NCBI GenBank assembly: GCA_046292785.1
Contig: JBKBQB010000006.1
Coordinates: 30,530-94,529, forward strand
Direction of reading: 5' to 3'
DNA length: 64,000 nucleotides
Origin: Paracoccaceae bacterium
GTDB lineage: Bacteria; Pseudomonadota; Alphaproteobacteria; Rhodobacterales; Rhodobacteraceae
Of this stretch, positions 1 to 9,516 are shown piece after piece. A program made the translations under genes and the position numbers. A model generated the notes under the pieces. It ran no database searches and had not been told where the DNA came from. It was given only the letters and a program-made list of their open reading frames with translations. The stretch's first letter is position 1. Each line of letters begins with the position of its first letter.

Positions 1-39
1 CGTCAGCAGCAGAGTCGTTGTTCTGCGTCCAAACTTCAT
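1..39 (-). CDS. 5' end (13 codons) of a secreted/periplasmic protein running off the left edge
   Basis: ATG at 39-37 preceded by GGAGG (46-50 on + strand as cctcc); translates MKFGRRTTTLLLT, a signal-peptide-like N-terminus with twin Arg; divergent from the RpiR regulator. Confidence 0.4.
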   Translation of the reverse strand, partial: MKFGRRTTTLLLT

Positions 40-187
40 TGTAGTCCTCCCTTTGTGTTTTTCTGTCCGAAGCCTCCGGCCATTTGCGCCGGAACAACAT
101 TTCGACACGCCCTCCACAACGGGTCGAGATGCTGGTGTTTGCACACTTCTGACATGATTAGCCCGTAAATTCGCAAACCTGTCAAGG

Positions 188-1087
188 ATGGAATTTTCAT
201 TCTATAGGGTGTATTGGAATTTCCAAACCGTGCCGAAAAAGGAACCCGTCGTGGGAAATATCGCTGAAACCGAAGCAAATGGCGCCTTTGCCGGCCTCCG
301 AGAGCGAATCGCACATGCCTATCCCGAACTCAGCCCCCAATTGCGTGCGATTGCGGAATTCTCGATCCAGAACGCCGATACGGTTGCCGTGGAAACCGCG
401 CAGCAGCTGGCCAAGCGAATCGGGGTTCCCCCATCAAGCATGGTGCGCTTCGCACAGACACTTGGCTACGCTGGATTCAACGAGCTCAAACGCGATTTCC
501 GAGACAACCTTGTCTACCGCATGGGCGAGATCCGTGAGCGCGAAGAAATCAGCGCCCACCCCGCCAGCGGTGCCATCGCGGTTGCCGACGCCTTGATGAG
601 CGAAGCCCGGCGCGACATGGACCGCCTGTTCAAGGAGCTTGACCGCAAGCAATTCGACCGCGCCGTGATCGAATTGGTCCGCGCTGACCGCATCCATGTT
701 CTGGCGCAACAGACCTCTTTCGCGCTGGGGTGCATCTTCCACGCCACCGCGCTGAGTCTCGGCACGCCCTCGAACCTGCTCGACGAGGCCGGGTCGTTCT
801 TTGGCCGCCAGATCGAACTTCTGGGGCTGGAAGATGCCATTCTGGCCATCAGCTTTGCCCCGTATCAAACGGCTGTCGTGCGCGGGGCCAAACTGCACGC
901 GGCGCGCGGCGGCACCGTGATCGCGGTGACCGACAATGTGCTCAGCCCGCTGGCGGCGATTGCCCGCGTAACCATCGAAACCCCGCAACGCAGCCCGATT
1001 GCCGCGCATCCGCTGGTGATCGGCACCTGCGTGTTGCAGGCCCTCGCCATCGCCGTCAATGAAACCCGGCCAAAAGAAGGCCGATAA
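188..1087 (+). CDS. MurR/RpiR-family transcriptional regulator (HTH + SIS domain)
   Basis: N-terminal HTH segment (LSPQLRAIAEFSIQN...TAQQLAKRIGVPPSSMVRFAQTLGYAGFNELKRDF) followed by a SIS-like domain; alternative GTG start at 251. Confidence 0.85.
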   Translation: MEFSFYRVYWNFQTVPKKEPVVGNIAETEANGAFAGLRERIAHAYPELSPQLRAIAEFSIQNADTVAVETAQQLAKRIGVPPSSMVRFAQTLGYAGFNELKRDFRDNLVYRMGEIREREEISAHPASGAIAVADALMSEARRDMDRLFKELDRKQFDRAVIELVRADRIHVLAQQTSFALGCIFHATALSLGTPSNLLDEAGSFFGRQIELLGLEDAILAISFAPYQTAVVRGAKLHAARGGTVIAVTDNVLSPLAAIARVTIETPQRSPIAAHPLVIGTCVLQALAIAVNETRPKEGR

Positions 1088-1168
1088 AACACTGATTTCA
1101 AACATAATCCCCACTTTCGGAAAGGTGCCATCCCTCATGCCCCACCCCACCTCTGACAGGCCCCGGCC

Positions 1169-2194
1169 ATGACCGTGCCGGTTCTGGCCCTTTCCATCGG
1201 TGACCCCTCCGGCATTGGCCCCGAAATCGCGATCAAGGCCTGCGCGGCGTTTGCCGACAAGCCGGTCGCCCTTGTGCTGATCGGGGATGCCGGCAGCTTG
1301 CAGCACACCGCACAGGCCCTTGGCCTGCCCTGCCCGCCGGTGATCGCGGCCAATGGCATTGCCCGACAAGGCGGCGCCGCGATCGTGCCAACCGAACCGC
1401 CCGCCGCCCCGCCCCTGCCCGGCGTGGTCTCTGCCGAAGGCGGCGAACAGGCCTATCGCGCCGTCGCTCTGGCCACCGATCTTGCAATGAAGGGCATCGT
1501 CGATGCCATCGTCACCGGCCCCCTGAACAAAGAGGCGCTGCATCTGGCAGGACACCTTTACGCGGGCCATACCGAATTGCTGGCAGACCTGACCGGCGGG
1601 CAAGGCAGCGTGATGATGCTGGCGCATGGCGATTTCCGCGTCTCGCATGTGACCACGCATTGCGCGCTGGAAGAGGTGCCCAAACGCGCCACCGCTGCCC
1701 GCATCCGCCATGTCACCACCCTGACGCACCAGACCCTGCGCCAGATGGGAATTGCCACTCCCCGGATCGCCATCGCCGCCCTCAACCCCCATGCGGGCGA
1801 AGGCGGGATCTTCGGGCGGCACGATATCGACGTGACCAAACCTCTCGTGGCACAAATGCGCGGCGAAGGCTTTGACATCACCGGCCCGGTGCCCGGCGAC
1901 ACCGTGTTTGTGAAGCTGCGTGGCGGCGCGTTCGATGCCGTGGTCGCGATGTATCACGATCAGGGCCATATCCCGGTGAAACTGCTCGGCTTCACCGTCG
2001 ATCCGGCCACCGGGCGCTGGGTCGGGCTCAGCGGGGTGAATGTAACTCTCGGCCTGCCGATCATCCGCACCTCGGTCGATCATGGCACCGCCTTTGACAT
2101 CGCAGGTCAAGGCATCGCCGGGGCAACCAGCCTGATCGAAGCCATCGACTACGCCCTGAGTCTGGTGCGCCGGGAGGGCGCCCGGACCCACTGA
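1169..2194 (+). CDS. PdxA-family 4-hydroxythreonine-4-phosphate dehydrogenase-like NAD-dependent dehydrogenase
   Basis: ALSIGDPSGIGPEI N-terminal motif, HAGHTELL, NPHAGEGG and IRTSVDHGTAFDIAG motifs typical of the PdxA family. Confidence 0.85.
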   Translation: MTVPVLALSIGDPSGIGPEIAIKACAAFADKPVALVLIGDAGSLQHTAQALGLPCPPVIAANGIARQGGAAIVPTEPPAAPPLPGVVSAEGGEQAYRAVALATDLAMKGIVDAIVTGPLNKEALHLAGHLYAGHTELLADLTGGQGSVMMLAHGDFRVSHVTTHCALEEVPKRATAARIRHVTTLTHQTLRQMGIATPRIAIAALNPHAGEGGIFGRHDIDVTKPLVAQMRGEGFDITGPVPGDTVFVKLRGGAFDAVVAMYHDQGHIPVKLLGFTVDPATGRWVGLSGVNVTLGLPIIRTSVDHGTAFDIAGQGIAGATSLIEAIDYALSLVRREGARTH

Positions 2195-2220
2195 ACGCAA
2201 GACCTGAAGGAGGAACTGCT

Positions 2221-3711
2221 ATGAAAAACGACTCCCACACCGAAATGTGGATCGGCGGACGCTGGGAAAAAGGCGCCGAAGGCACCCGCCCGGTGATCAA
2301 CCCGGCCAACGGCGCCGTTTTTGCCCACGCACCCGAAGCCAGCCCCGCACAAGCCAATCAGGCGCTGGAATCGGCGCGCGCCGCCCAACCCGCATGGGGC
2401 CGGATGTCGCCGCTGCAACGCGGGCAGGTGATGCACCGCATCGCCGCCCTGATCCGCGAACACGCCGAACCGCTGGCGCAGCTGGTGGTCACCGAACAGG
2501 GCAAACCCATCACCGAAGCGCGCGGCGAAATCGGCGGCGCCGCCGAATTCTTCACCTATTTTGCCGAATTCGCCCGCCGCATCCAGGGCGAGATCCTGCC
2601 CTCTGACGCGCCCGGCGAACAAATCTGGATCCAGCGCGTGCCGGTCGGCGTGGTGGTGGCCATCATCCCATGGAACTACCCCGCCGCCCTTGTCAGCCGC
2701 AAGGTGGCCCCCGCCCTGATCGCGGGCAACACCATCGTCTTGAAACCGCATGAGGAAACCCCGCTCTCCGCCCTCTACATGGCGCGGCTGTTCGAGCAGG
2801 CCGGGGTGCCTGCGGGTGTGGTCAACATCATCACCGGGGCCGGCGCGACCGTCGGCGCCGCCCTGACCGCGCACCCGGATGTCGATCTTGTCACCATGAC
2901 CGGCAGCGTGCCCACCGGCCGCGCGATCATGGCCGCCGCCGCGCCCAATCTGGTGCCGGTCTCGCTGGAACTGGGCGGCAAGGCCCCGTTCATCGTGATG
3001 GAAGACGCCGATCTTGACCATGCGGTCGCCTCCGCCGTCACCTCGCGCTTCATGAACTGCGGGCAGGTCTGCATCTGCAACGAACGCATGCTGGTGCATG
3101 AAAAGATCTACGACAGCTTCGTCGCCCGCTTCGTTCAGGCCACCAAGGCCCTGCGTATGGGCGACCCGATGCTGGCCACCACCGATCTTGGCCCAAAGGT
3201 GTCGCAGCCCGAACTGGAAAAGGTGGAAAAGATCCTTGCCGCCGCGCTGAACGCCGGGGCCGAGCCACTGCTGCTGGGCGGCAGGCCCGATACCCCCCCG
3301 GTCGCTGGCGGCTACTGGCTGACCCCCACCGTGCTGGGCGGCATGACCCCCGACATGGCCATCATGCGCGACGAGGTGTTCGGCCCGGTCATCCCGGTGA
3401 TGAAGGTTTCGGGCTTTGACGAGGCGATGCACATCGCCAATGACAGCCGCTATGGCCTGTCCGCCTATCTGTTCACGCAGGACTACCGGCGCATCATGCA
3501 GGCGGTGGCGGATATCCGCTTTGGCGAGATCTACATCAACCGCATCGGGCCCGAGTCGTTGCAGGGCTATCACACCGGCTATCGCAACTCCGGCCCCGGC
3601 GGCGATGACGGCGTGCACGGGCTGGACTCCTACCTGCACAAGAAAACCGTTTACGTGAACTGGTCGGGCGGCTCCCCCGTCGCGCTGATGCCTTACGGCA
3701 AAGGTGCCTGA
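2221..3711 (+). CDS. NAD(P)-dependent aldehyde dehydrogenase
   Basis: ALDH signatures LELGGKAP and catalytic Cys context GQVCICNER; RBS GAAGGAGG upstream. Confidence 0.9.
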   Translation: MKNDSHTEMWIGGRWEKGAEGTRPVINPANGAVFAHAPEASPAQANQALESARAAQPAWGRMSPLQRGQVMHRIAALIREHAEPLAQLVVTEQGKPITEARGEIGGAAEFFTYFAEFARRIQGEILPSDAPGEQIWIQRVPVGVVVAIIPWNYPAALVSRKVAPALIAGNTIVLKPHEETPLSALYMARLFEQAGVPAGVVNIITGAGATVGAALTAHPDVDLVTMTGSVPTGRAIMAAAAPNLVPVSLELGGKAPFIVMEDADLDHAVASAVTSRFMNCGQVCICNERMLVHEKIYDSFVARFVQATKALRMGDPMLATTDLGPKVSQPELEKVEKILAAALNAGAEPLLLGGRPDTPPVAGGYWLTPTVLGGMTPDMAIMRDEVFGPVIPVMKVSGFDEAMHIANDSRYGLSAYLFTQDYRRIMQAVADIRFGEIYINRIGPESLQGYHTGYRNSGPGGDDGVHGLDSYLHKKTVYVNWSGGSPVALMPYGKGA

Positions 3712-3735
3712 CGGACGATCCCTGGTGTCTCTGGT

Positions 3736-3758
3736 CCCGGCAAAATGCTTTGCCGGGG
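3736..3758 (+). terminator. hairpin downstream of the aldehyde dehydrogenase gene
   Basis: CCCGGCAAA / TTTGCCGGG 9-bp stem; weak U tract. Confidence 0.45.
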
Positions 3759-4003
3759 CCTTGCTTCCCGCCCCCGCCCATCATCCGCTGATCGGTCCGT
3801 GGGCGGGGCAACAGTTCTGTGACGCCCCGAACGCGCTTATTTGCGCCTTAAGAGTCTTCGCTTGGCTGAACGCCTTTCCCTTGCTTTTCCTGTCTGCTAG
3901 AGCGATTGAATACACGCCGATCCTGAGTTTCTTGCGGACGCCACAGACTTGGCCTCCCATGGAAGCCCTCCAAACGCCCCTCTGATTTAGGAGATCTGAC
4001 TGG

Positions 4004-5218
4004 ATGACCAGTCCGATTGAGTTTCTACGTCGCAACGCCCCGTGGCTTTTTGCAGGGTTTCTGCTGACCTTTTCGTCCAGCTTCGGCCAAACCTTTTTCA
4101 TCGCGATCTTTGCAGGTGATATCCGGCACGAATTCGGCCTGACCAACGCGGGCTGGGGCGGCATCTATGCCGTGGCGACAATGGCTGCGGCCGCTGTCAT
4201 GGTCTTTGCCGGTGGCCTGACCGACAGGTTCCGCGTGCGGATCATCGCCCCGATCTGCCTGATCGGCCTGGCCTTTGCAACCGCGCTCATGGCGCTGTCG
4301 ACCAGTCTAGCGGTCTTGATATTCGGGATCTTCCTGTCGCGCCTGATGGGTCAGGGCATGATGATGCAGACCTCGATGGTGGCGATGTCGCGCTGGTTTG
4401 TCGCCACGCGCGGCCGCGCCATCTCCATCGCCTCGCTGGGCGTCGCCATGGGCGAGGCATTTTTGCCGGTGTCTTTCGTGGCATTGATGGTCTGGCTGGA
4501 CTGGCGCACGTTGTGGCTGATCGCCTCGCTGTTTCTGGTCGGTGCCGCCGGGGTGATGGTTCTGGTCCTGAAATCCGAACGCACGCCGCAGGCAATGGCC
4601 CGCGAAAATACCGCTGTGGGCATGTTCGGGCGCCAATGGACGCGGACCGACGCACTGCGCCACTGGCTGTTCTGGCTGACTTTGCCCGCGCTGCTTGGCC
4701 CCGCCGCTTTTGGCACCGCGTTCTTTTTCCATCAGGTGCATTTTGCCGAAGCCAAGGGCTGGGCGCATTTTGATCTGGTCACGCTGTTTCCGTTCTTCAG
4801 CGCCACCGCTGTCAGCTGCATGTTGCTGACCGGCTGGCTTGTCGACCGCATCGGATCCTCAAAGATCGCGGGCCTCTACCTTCTGCCCATGGCCGTCGGA
4901 TACTATCTGCTGGGAACCGCACAAGGGCTGGAACTCGCGGCTGTCGGGCTGGTGTTCATGGGCATTTCTGTCGGGGCCAACAACACCATGAACGCGGCAC
5001 TCTGGGCCGAATTCTACGGCACGGCAAACCTTGGCCGCGTCCGGGCGATGACCGGAGCCTTCATGGTGCTTGGCTCTGCTATCGGGCCGGGCCTGTGCGG
5101 CTGGTTGATCGACCAGGGCATCGACATGCCGCATCAGGCCTTTGGGTTCAGTGTCTATTTTGTTGTGGCAGCCGTGCTTGGCGCCATTGGCGGGCGACGG
5201 GCGGCGCGGTATCTGTGA
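4004..5218 (+). CDS. MFS transporter
   Basis: About 12 hydrophobic segments, GGLTDRFRVR loop motif between TM2 and TM3. Confidence 0.8.
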   Translation: MTSPIEFLRRNAPWLFAGFLLTFSSSFGQTFFIAIFAGDIRHEFGLTNAGWGGIYAVATMAAAAVMVFAGGLTDRFRVRIIAPICLIGLAFATALMALSTSLAVLIFGIFLSRLMGQGMMMQTSMVAMSRWFVATRGRAISIASLGVAMGEAFLPVSFVALMVWLDWRTLWLIASLFLVGAAGVMVLVLKSERTPQAMARENTAVGMFGRQWTRTDALRHWLFWLTLPALLGPAAFGTAFFFHQVHFAEAKGWAHFDLVTLFPFFSATAVSCMLLTGWLVDRIGSSKIAGLYLLPMAVGYYLLGTAQGLELAAVGLVFMGISVGANNTMNAALWAEFYGTANLGRVRAMTGAFMVLGSAIGPGLCGWLIDQGIDMPHQAFGFSVYFVVAAVLGAIGGRRAARYL

Positions 5219-5295
5219 TGCCGCGACAGACAAGGGACAGGGTGTCGGAATGACCGTGCAAAGACAGGCTGCATCTTTTGGCAAGTGATGTGCCC

Positions 5296-5931
5296 ATGGT
5301 CTGCCCCGTGTGCGAAGCGGCGCCGCTGACCGCGTTCCTGTCGGTCGCGGCCCAGCGCTATCACAGATGCCCCGCCTGCCTTGCCACCGTGCTCGATCCG
5401 GCCTGCCGCCTGCCACCCGCACAGGAAAAGGCGCATTATGACCACCACGAAAACGATCCTGATGACCCGCGCTACCGCGCGTTCCTGAACCGGCTGTGCG
5501 CGCCGCTGCTGGCCCGCCTGCCCCCCGCATCGCGCGGGCTGGATTACGGCTGCGGGCCGGGGCCGGCCCTTGCCGCGATGCTGCGCGAGGCGGGGCATGA
5601 TGTCGCGATCTACGATCCGTTCTACGCCCCCGATCCCGCCCCGCTGGCCGGTGTTTACGATTTCGTCACCTGCACCGAAGTGGCCGAACATTTCTTCCAC
5701 CCCGCCGCCGAATTCGCGCGGATGATGGCCATGCTGCGCCCCGGCGGCTGGTTGGCGGTGATGACCTGCTTTCAGACCGATGACGCCCGGTTCGCCGCAT
5801 GGCATTACCGCAAAGACCCCACCCATGTGGTGTTCTACCGCGCCGAAACACTGGCCCATATCGCCCGCGCGCACGGCTGGGCCTGCACCATCCCGGCAAA
5901 AGACGTAGCGATCCTGCAACGCCCCCTTTGA
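5296..5931 (+). CDS. class I SAM-dependent methyltransferase with N-terminal CxxC...CxxC zinc-ribbon
   Basis: MVCPVCEA...HRCPACL then motif I LDYGCGPG; ORF opens at TTG 5278, first ATG at 5296. Confidence 0.75.
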   Translation: MVCPVCEAAPLTAFLSVAAQRYHRCPACLATVLDPACRLPPAQEKAHYDHHENDPDDPRYRAFLNRLCAPLLARLPPASRGLDYGCGPGPALAAMLREAGHDVAIYDPFYAPDPAPLAGVYDFVTCTEVAEHFFHPAAEFARMMAMLRPGGWLAVMTCFQTDDARFAAWHYRKDPTHVVFYRAETLAHIARAHGWACTIPAKDVAILQRPL

Positions 5932-6015
5932 CAGGCGCGGTGCGGGCTGCTTAACCCCGGCAGGCACGCCCCCATCCCCGCTTGGCCTTGACCGCACAGA
6001 TCAGGACTCCCCAAC

Positions 6016-7254
6016 ATGCCTGCCGACCTTGGCCACCCATCCCCCCTCGCCGCCAGCGCACGCTGGCGGATGCTGGTCCTCATCTGCGCGGGCGTGGTCG
6101 GCGTGCTGGCCACGTGGTTTTCCGCCACCGCCATCCTGCCCGACCTGACCCGCGCATGGGATCTGTCACCATCGCAGGCGGCATGGATGACCAATGCCGT
6201 GCAACTGGGCTTTGTCGCGGGCGCGCTGGCCGCCTCGCTGGTCAACCTGCCCGACCTTGTGGCGATGCATCGGCTGATGGCGGCCTCGGCCACGCTGGCC
6301 GCAGCGGCGAACGCGGCACTGCTGATCACCGGCCCCGATGGCGCGCTGGTGGCGCGCTTTGTCACCGGCGTGGCGCTGGCCGGGGTCTATCCCCCCGCGC
6401 TCAAGCTGATGGCGACGTGGTTTGTCAAGGGCCGGGGCCTTGCGCTTGGCTTTCTGATCGGGGCGCTGACGCTTGGCTCATCCATGCCGCATCTGGTGCG
6501 CGCGCTGGCCGCAGGGCTGGACTGGCGCGCCGTGGTCTGGGCCACCTCGGCCGCCGCCTTGGTGTCTGCATCGGTGTTCCTCACCCTGCTGCGCGAAGGT
6601 CCCCACCCCTTTGGCCGCGCCACATTCGATCCGCGCAAGGCGCTGGCCGTATTCACCAACCGCCCGCTCTTGCTCGCAAATATCGGCTATTTCGGCCATA
6701 TGTGGGAACTTTACGCGATGTGGGCCTGGATCCTGGCCTTCGCCACCGCGGCGCAAGCGGGGCTGCACCCGTTTCCCTTCGGCTCGGCCTCGATGTTCAG
6801 CTTTGCGGTGGTCGCCTCCGGCGCGCTTGGCTGCCTGCTTGGCGGCTGGCTGTCAGACCGGATCGGCCGCTGCCTGACCTGTGCGGGCATGATGGCGGTG
6901 TCCGCCACCTGCGCCGCGCTGATCGGCGCGTTTTTCAACGGCCCCGCGCTGGTGCTGGGGCTTCTGGCGCTGATCTGGGGCATCAGCGTGATCGGCGACA
7001 GCGCCCAGTTTTCCGCCGCCGTGACCGAACTGGCCGACAGCGCCTTTGTCGGCACCGCGCTGACGCTGCAAATGGGCCTTGGCTTTGCGCTGACCGTGGT
7101 GGCAATCTGGGGCCTGCCGCTCTTTGCCGACCTGATCGGTGGCTGGCAATGGGCCTTCCTGTTCCTGCTGCCCGGCCCGCTGATCGGCACAGGGGCGATG
7201 CTCGCCCTGCGCGCGCACCCCGACGCCCGCAAACTGGCCCAAGGCGCGCGCTAA
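6016..7254 (+). CDS. MFS transporter
   Basis: 12-TM-like hydrophobic profile, GWLSDRIGR loop motif. Confidence 0.8.
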   Translation: MPADLGHPSPLAASARWRMLVLICAGVVGVLATWFSATAILPDLTRAWDLSPSQAAWMTNAVQLGFVAGALAASLVNLPDLVAMHRLMAASATLAAAANAALLITGPDGALVARFVTGVALAGVYPPALKLMATWFVKGRGLALGFLIGALTLGSSMPHLVRALAAGLDWRAVVWATSAAALVSASVFLTLLREGPHPFGRATFDPRKALAVFTNRPLLLANIGYFGHMWELYAMWAWILAFATAAQAGLHPFPFGSASMFSFAVVASGALGCLLGGWLSDRIGRCLTCAGMMAVSATCAALIGAFFNGPALVLGLLALIWGISVIGDSAQFSAAVTELADSAFVGTALTLQMGLGFALTVVAIWGLPLFADLIGGWQWAFLFLLPGPLIGTGAMLALRAHPDARKLAQGAR

Positions 7255-8021
7255 TCCACCATCTCGGTCGCCACCGCAAACTCGGTCAACTCCGCCTCCA
7301 GCAGGATGTAGATATTGGCGGGCGGCGTCTGCATCGCCCGCGCCGACAGCCGCAGATCAATCCCCATCCCGGACAGGTAGTCCAGCACCTGCGCCTGCCC
7401 ATGCTGGATGCTTTCCACCGCCACAAACGCGGGCAACAGCGTGCTTTCGCCAAAATAATGCTGATGCACCCCCACCAAAGCCGCGCGGCTCACCCGCCGC
7501 GCAACCCCGGCGGCAAGGATATAGGGGCAGGCGGAAAAGCACGCGGCCCCCGCCTGCATCACTGTATCCACCCCACCCTCGCGGATCATCCGCCCGATCT
7601 CCAGCGCGTCAGACACCGACCCGCCCGGACTGTGCAGCGCGATCTGCGCGGGCGGGGCTGCACGCGCCTCCAGATACTGCGCAAACCGCGCCGCGTCCCC
7701 CACCTCGATCGCGCCCTCCAGCAGAACCGTTGCCACACCACCCACCGCCACATCGGTAAACCGCAACCGCTGCGGCACGTCATCGCTGCGCGGAAACCCC
7801 GGCCCGGCAGGCTGGTCGCGCGGCAGGTCGCGCGGGGAATAGCGCCGGGTCTGGTCGCCGGGGCGCACCGGCACGGCGGCGGGCGGGGCCGGATCGGCGC
7901 GCCACATATCAGGCGCAATGCGGCTCAGATCGCCAAACACGATGGCGCCTGCCAGCGCAATCTGGGCCGCCAGCATCGCCTGCAAAACCCGGCCAGACCG
8001 GACCGCGCGCCACCCCGCCAT
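7251..8021 (-). CDS. membrane-anchored ClpP/NfeD-like (COG3904-type) putative serine peptidase-fold protein
   Basis: N-terminal TM (LQAMLAAQIALAGAIVFG), Pro-rich linker, then LHSPGGSV...GAACFSACPYILAAG resembling the ClpP/SppA fold; its start directly abuts the stop of the upstream gene (TGAATG). Confidence 0.55.
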   Translation of the reverse strand: MAGWRAVRSGRVLQAMLAAQIALAGAIVFGDLSRIAPDMWRADPAPPAAVPVRPGDQTRRYSPRDLPRDQPAGPGFPRSDDVPQRLRFTDVAVGGVATVLLEGAIEVGDAARFAQYLEARAAPPAQIALHSPGGSVSDALEIGRMIREGGVDTVMQAGAACFSACPYILAAGVARRVSRAALVGVHQHYFGESTLLPAFVAVESIQHGQAQVLDYLSGMGIDLRLSARAMQTPPANIYILLEAELTEFAVATEMVD

Positions 8022-9323
8022 TCAGCGCCGCCCGCCCACCAGATGCGGCGGTGGCGCATCGGGCGCGGCCACCTCCGCCACGGGCGCGACCATCATGGCC
8101 TCCGTCCCTACCGGCGCCTCCAGCGCGCGCAGGGCGGTCACGGCGGCACGGATCTCGGCCAGCGTCATCGTTTCCTCGGGCGCGGCGGTGCCCCGGTCGG
8201 CGCGGATCGCGCTTTGCGCCACCATCATGATCAGCACCAGCACCGCCGGCAACAGGTCAATCGCAATCGCCCCGGCCCAGGACGGGATGAAATCCCCGGC
8301 ATAACGCAGCACCGCATCCGCGGTTGAAATGGGCGCATAGGTCGTGTCATCCGGCGTCGGCATCGCCAACACCTCATCCGCCGCCGCCTTCAGCGTGGTC
8401 GCCCGTTGCGCCAACAGGGTCAGCACCGCATCGATGGTCGACCGCTGCCCGCTGCGGATCAGATCGGTCGATCCGTCCAGCTCCGGCACCACCACCGAGG
8501 CCGACAGATCCTGCGCCGCCCGCGCCACCAAGGGCGCCACCGACAATTGGCGCAACTGCGCGATCAACCCGGCCAGCCGCACCGATTCTTCTGCGAACTC
8601 CACCGAGCGTTGCTGCACATCGCCGCTGGCGGCGGTCAGCGCCCGCATCCGGCTCAGGATCTGGTTTCCTTCGGCAAAGGCCGCATCCACCAACGGGGCC
8701 TGCGCCGCAATCTGCGATTCCAACCCGGCCAGTTCATCCGCCTTCTGGATCAGCACCCGGAAGACCGCGCCCCGCCCTGCTGTGCCCGACAGGTTGCCCG
8801 TGGCCTCCTGCGCCGACAGATCCTGAAAGCTCTGCCGCGTGCGCGCCACGTCAAGGCCAAGTCCCTGCGCCGCCACCGTCACCCGGTTGGCTTGCTCCAG
8901 CCCGACCTGATATTGCTGCACGGTCTTGGCCAGATGCTGCTCCACCGCCGCCGATCCGGCCAGCGCCGCCGCGTTCAGCCAGCTTGACATGGCGATGATC
9001 GCCACCGACCCCAGCGCCATCGACAAGAACAACCCCAGCCGCGACGAGGCAGACCGCATGGCGGGCAACAGCCGGATCAGAAAGCTCCAGAACACAAAGA
9101 TCGCGACCGACACCGCCAGCGAATAGGCCACGGCGGCAAAAAAGCTCATGGCCCCGCTGTCGTTGAGCAGCGACGACACCCCCAGATAGGTGTAGATGCC
9201 CGACGCCACCGACAGCACGCCCAGCGCCATCGGCGTGAAACTTTCCAGCGCCGTCAGATGGCCCTCGATCTCGCGCGCCGATTGCAGGCCACGCGTCTCA
9301 CTCGGTGTGGGTTTATCGGTCAT
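8022..9323 (-). CDS. uncharacterised membrane protein: 3 N-terminal TM segments, long helical middle region, C-terminal TM
   Basis: Balanced composition with clear TM segments; ATG at 9323 (MTDKPTPSE) chosen over the upstream ORF extension; the + strand ORFs across this region are Pro/Arg-rich shadows. Confidence 0.6.
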   Translation of the reverse strand: MTDKPTPSETRGLQSAREIEGHLTALESFTPMALGVLSVASGIYTYLGVSSLLNDSGAMSFFAAVAYSLAVSVAIFVFWSFLIRLLPAMRSASSRLGLFLSMALGSVAIIAMSSWLNAAALAGSAAVEQHLAKTVQQYQVGLEQANRVTVAAQGLGLDVARTRQSFQDLSAQEATGNLSGTAGRGAVFRVLIQKADELAGLESQIAAQAPLVDAAFAEGNQILSRMRALTAASGDVQQRSVEFAEESVRLAGLIAQLRQLSVAPLVARAAQDLSASVVVPELDGSTDLIRSGQRSTIDAVLTLLAQRATTLKAAADEVLAMPTPDDTTYAPISTADAVLRYAGDFIPSWAGAIAIDLLPAVLVLIMMVAQSAIRADRGTAAPEETMTLAEIRAAVTALRALEAPVGTEAMMVAPVAEVAAPDAPPPHLVGGRR

Positions 9324-9432
9324 GCGGCTGCGGCTCCTTGATTGCGCCTGCTGTCTGCGCCTTACGTCGCCATAACCCGGCAGTTTGACCCGCAGACCTT
9401 GGCCCGCAGAACATAGGCCTGCCACAATCATT

Positions 9433-9464
9433 AACAAAATGCCAACACAACAAAATGCCAACAC
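9433..9464. repeat. perfect tandem duplication of 16 bp (AACAAAATGCCAACAC x2)
   Basis: Read directly: 9433-9448 and 9449-9464 are identical; lies in a divergent promoter region. Confidence 0.95.
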
Positions 9465-9516
9465 CGTGAACATGCGGCACGGTAAGCGCCCTCCGCACGG
9501 CAAGCGCCATCAACGG

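Noticed and set aside
36-314. 92-aa minus-strand ORF at the left edge
   Set aside because: It overlaps the RpiR gene start region and has no RBS. A different frame gives a much better gene start (ATG 39 with GGAGG) for a gene leaving the window.
434-2200. 588-aa minus-strand ORF, and the similar 2149-3639 minus-strand 496-aa ORF
   Set aside because: They are antisense to clearly recognisable RpiR, PdxA and ALDH genes. Translations are Arg/Gly/His/Ala-rich low-complexity without motifs. This is the typical high-GC shadow ORF.
5982-8327. 781-aa plus-strand ORF spanning the MFS gene region and the minus-strand ClpP-like gene
   Set aside because: It is out of frame with the MFS transporter and antisense to the 7251-9323 genes. 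The extremely Arg/Pro/Gly/His-rich translation has no domain signature.
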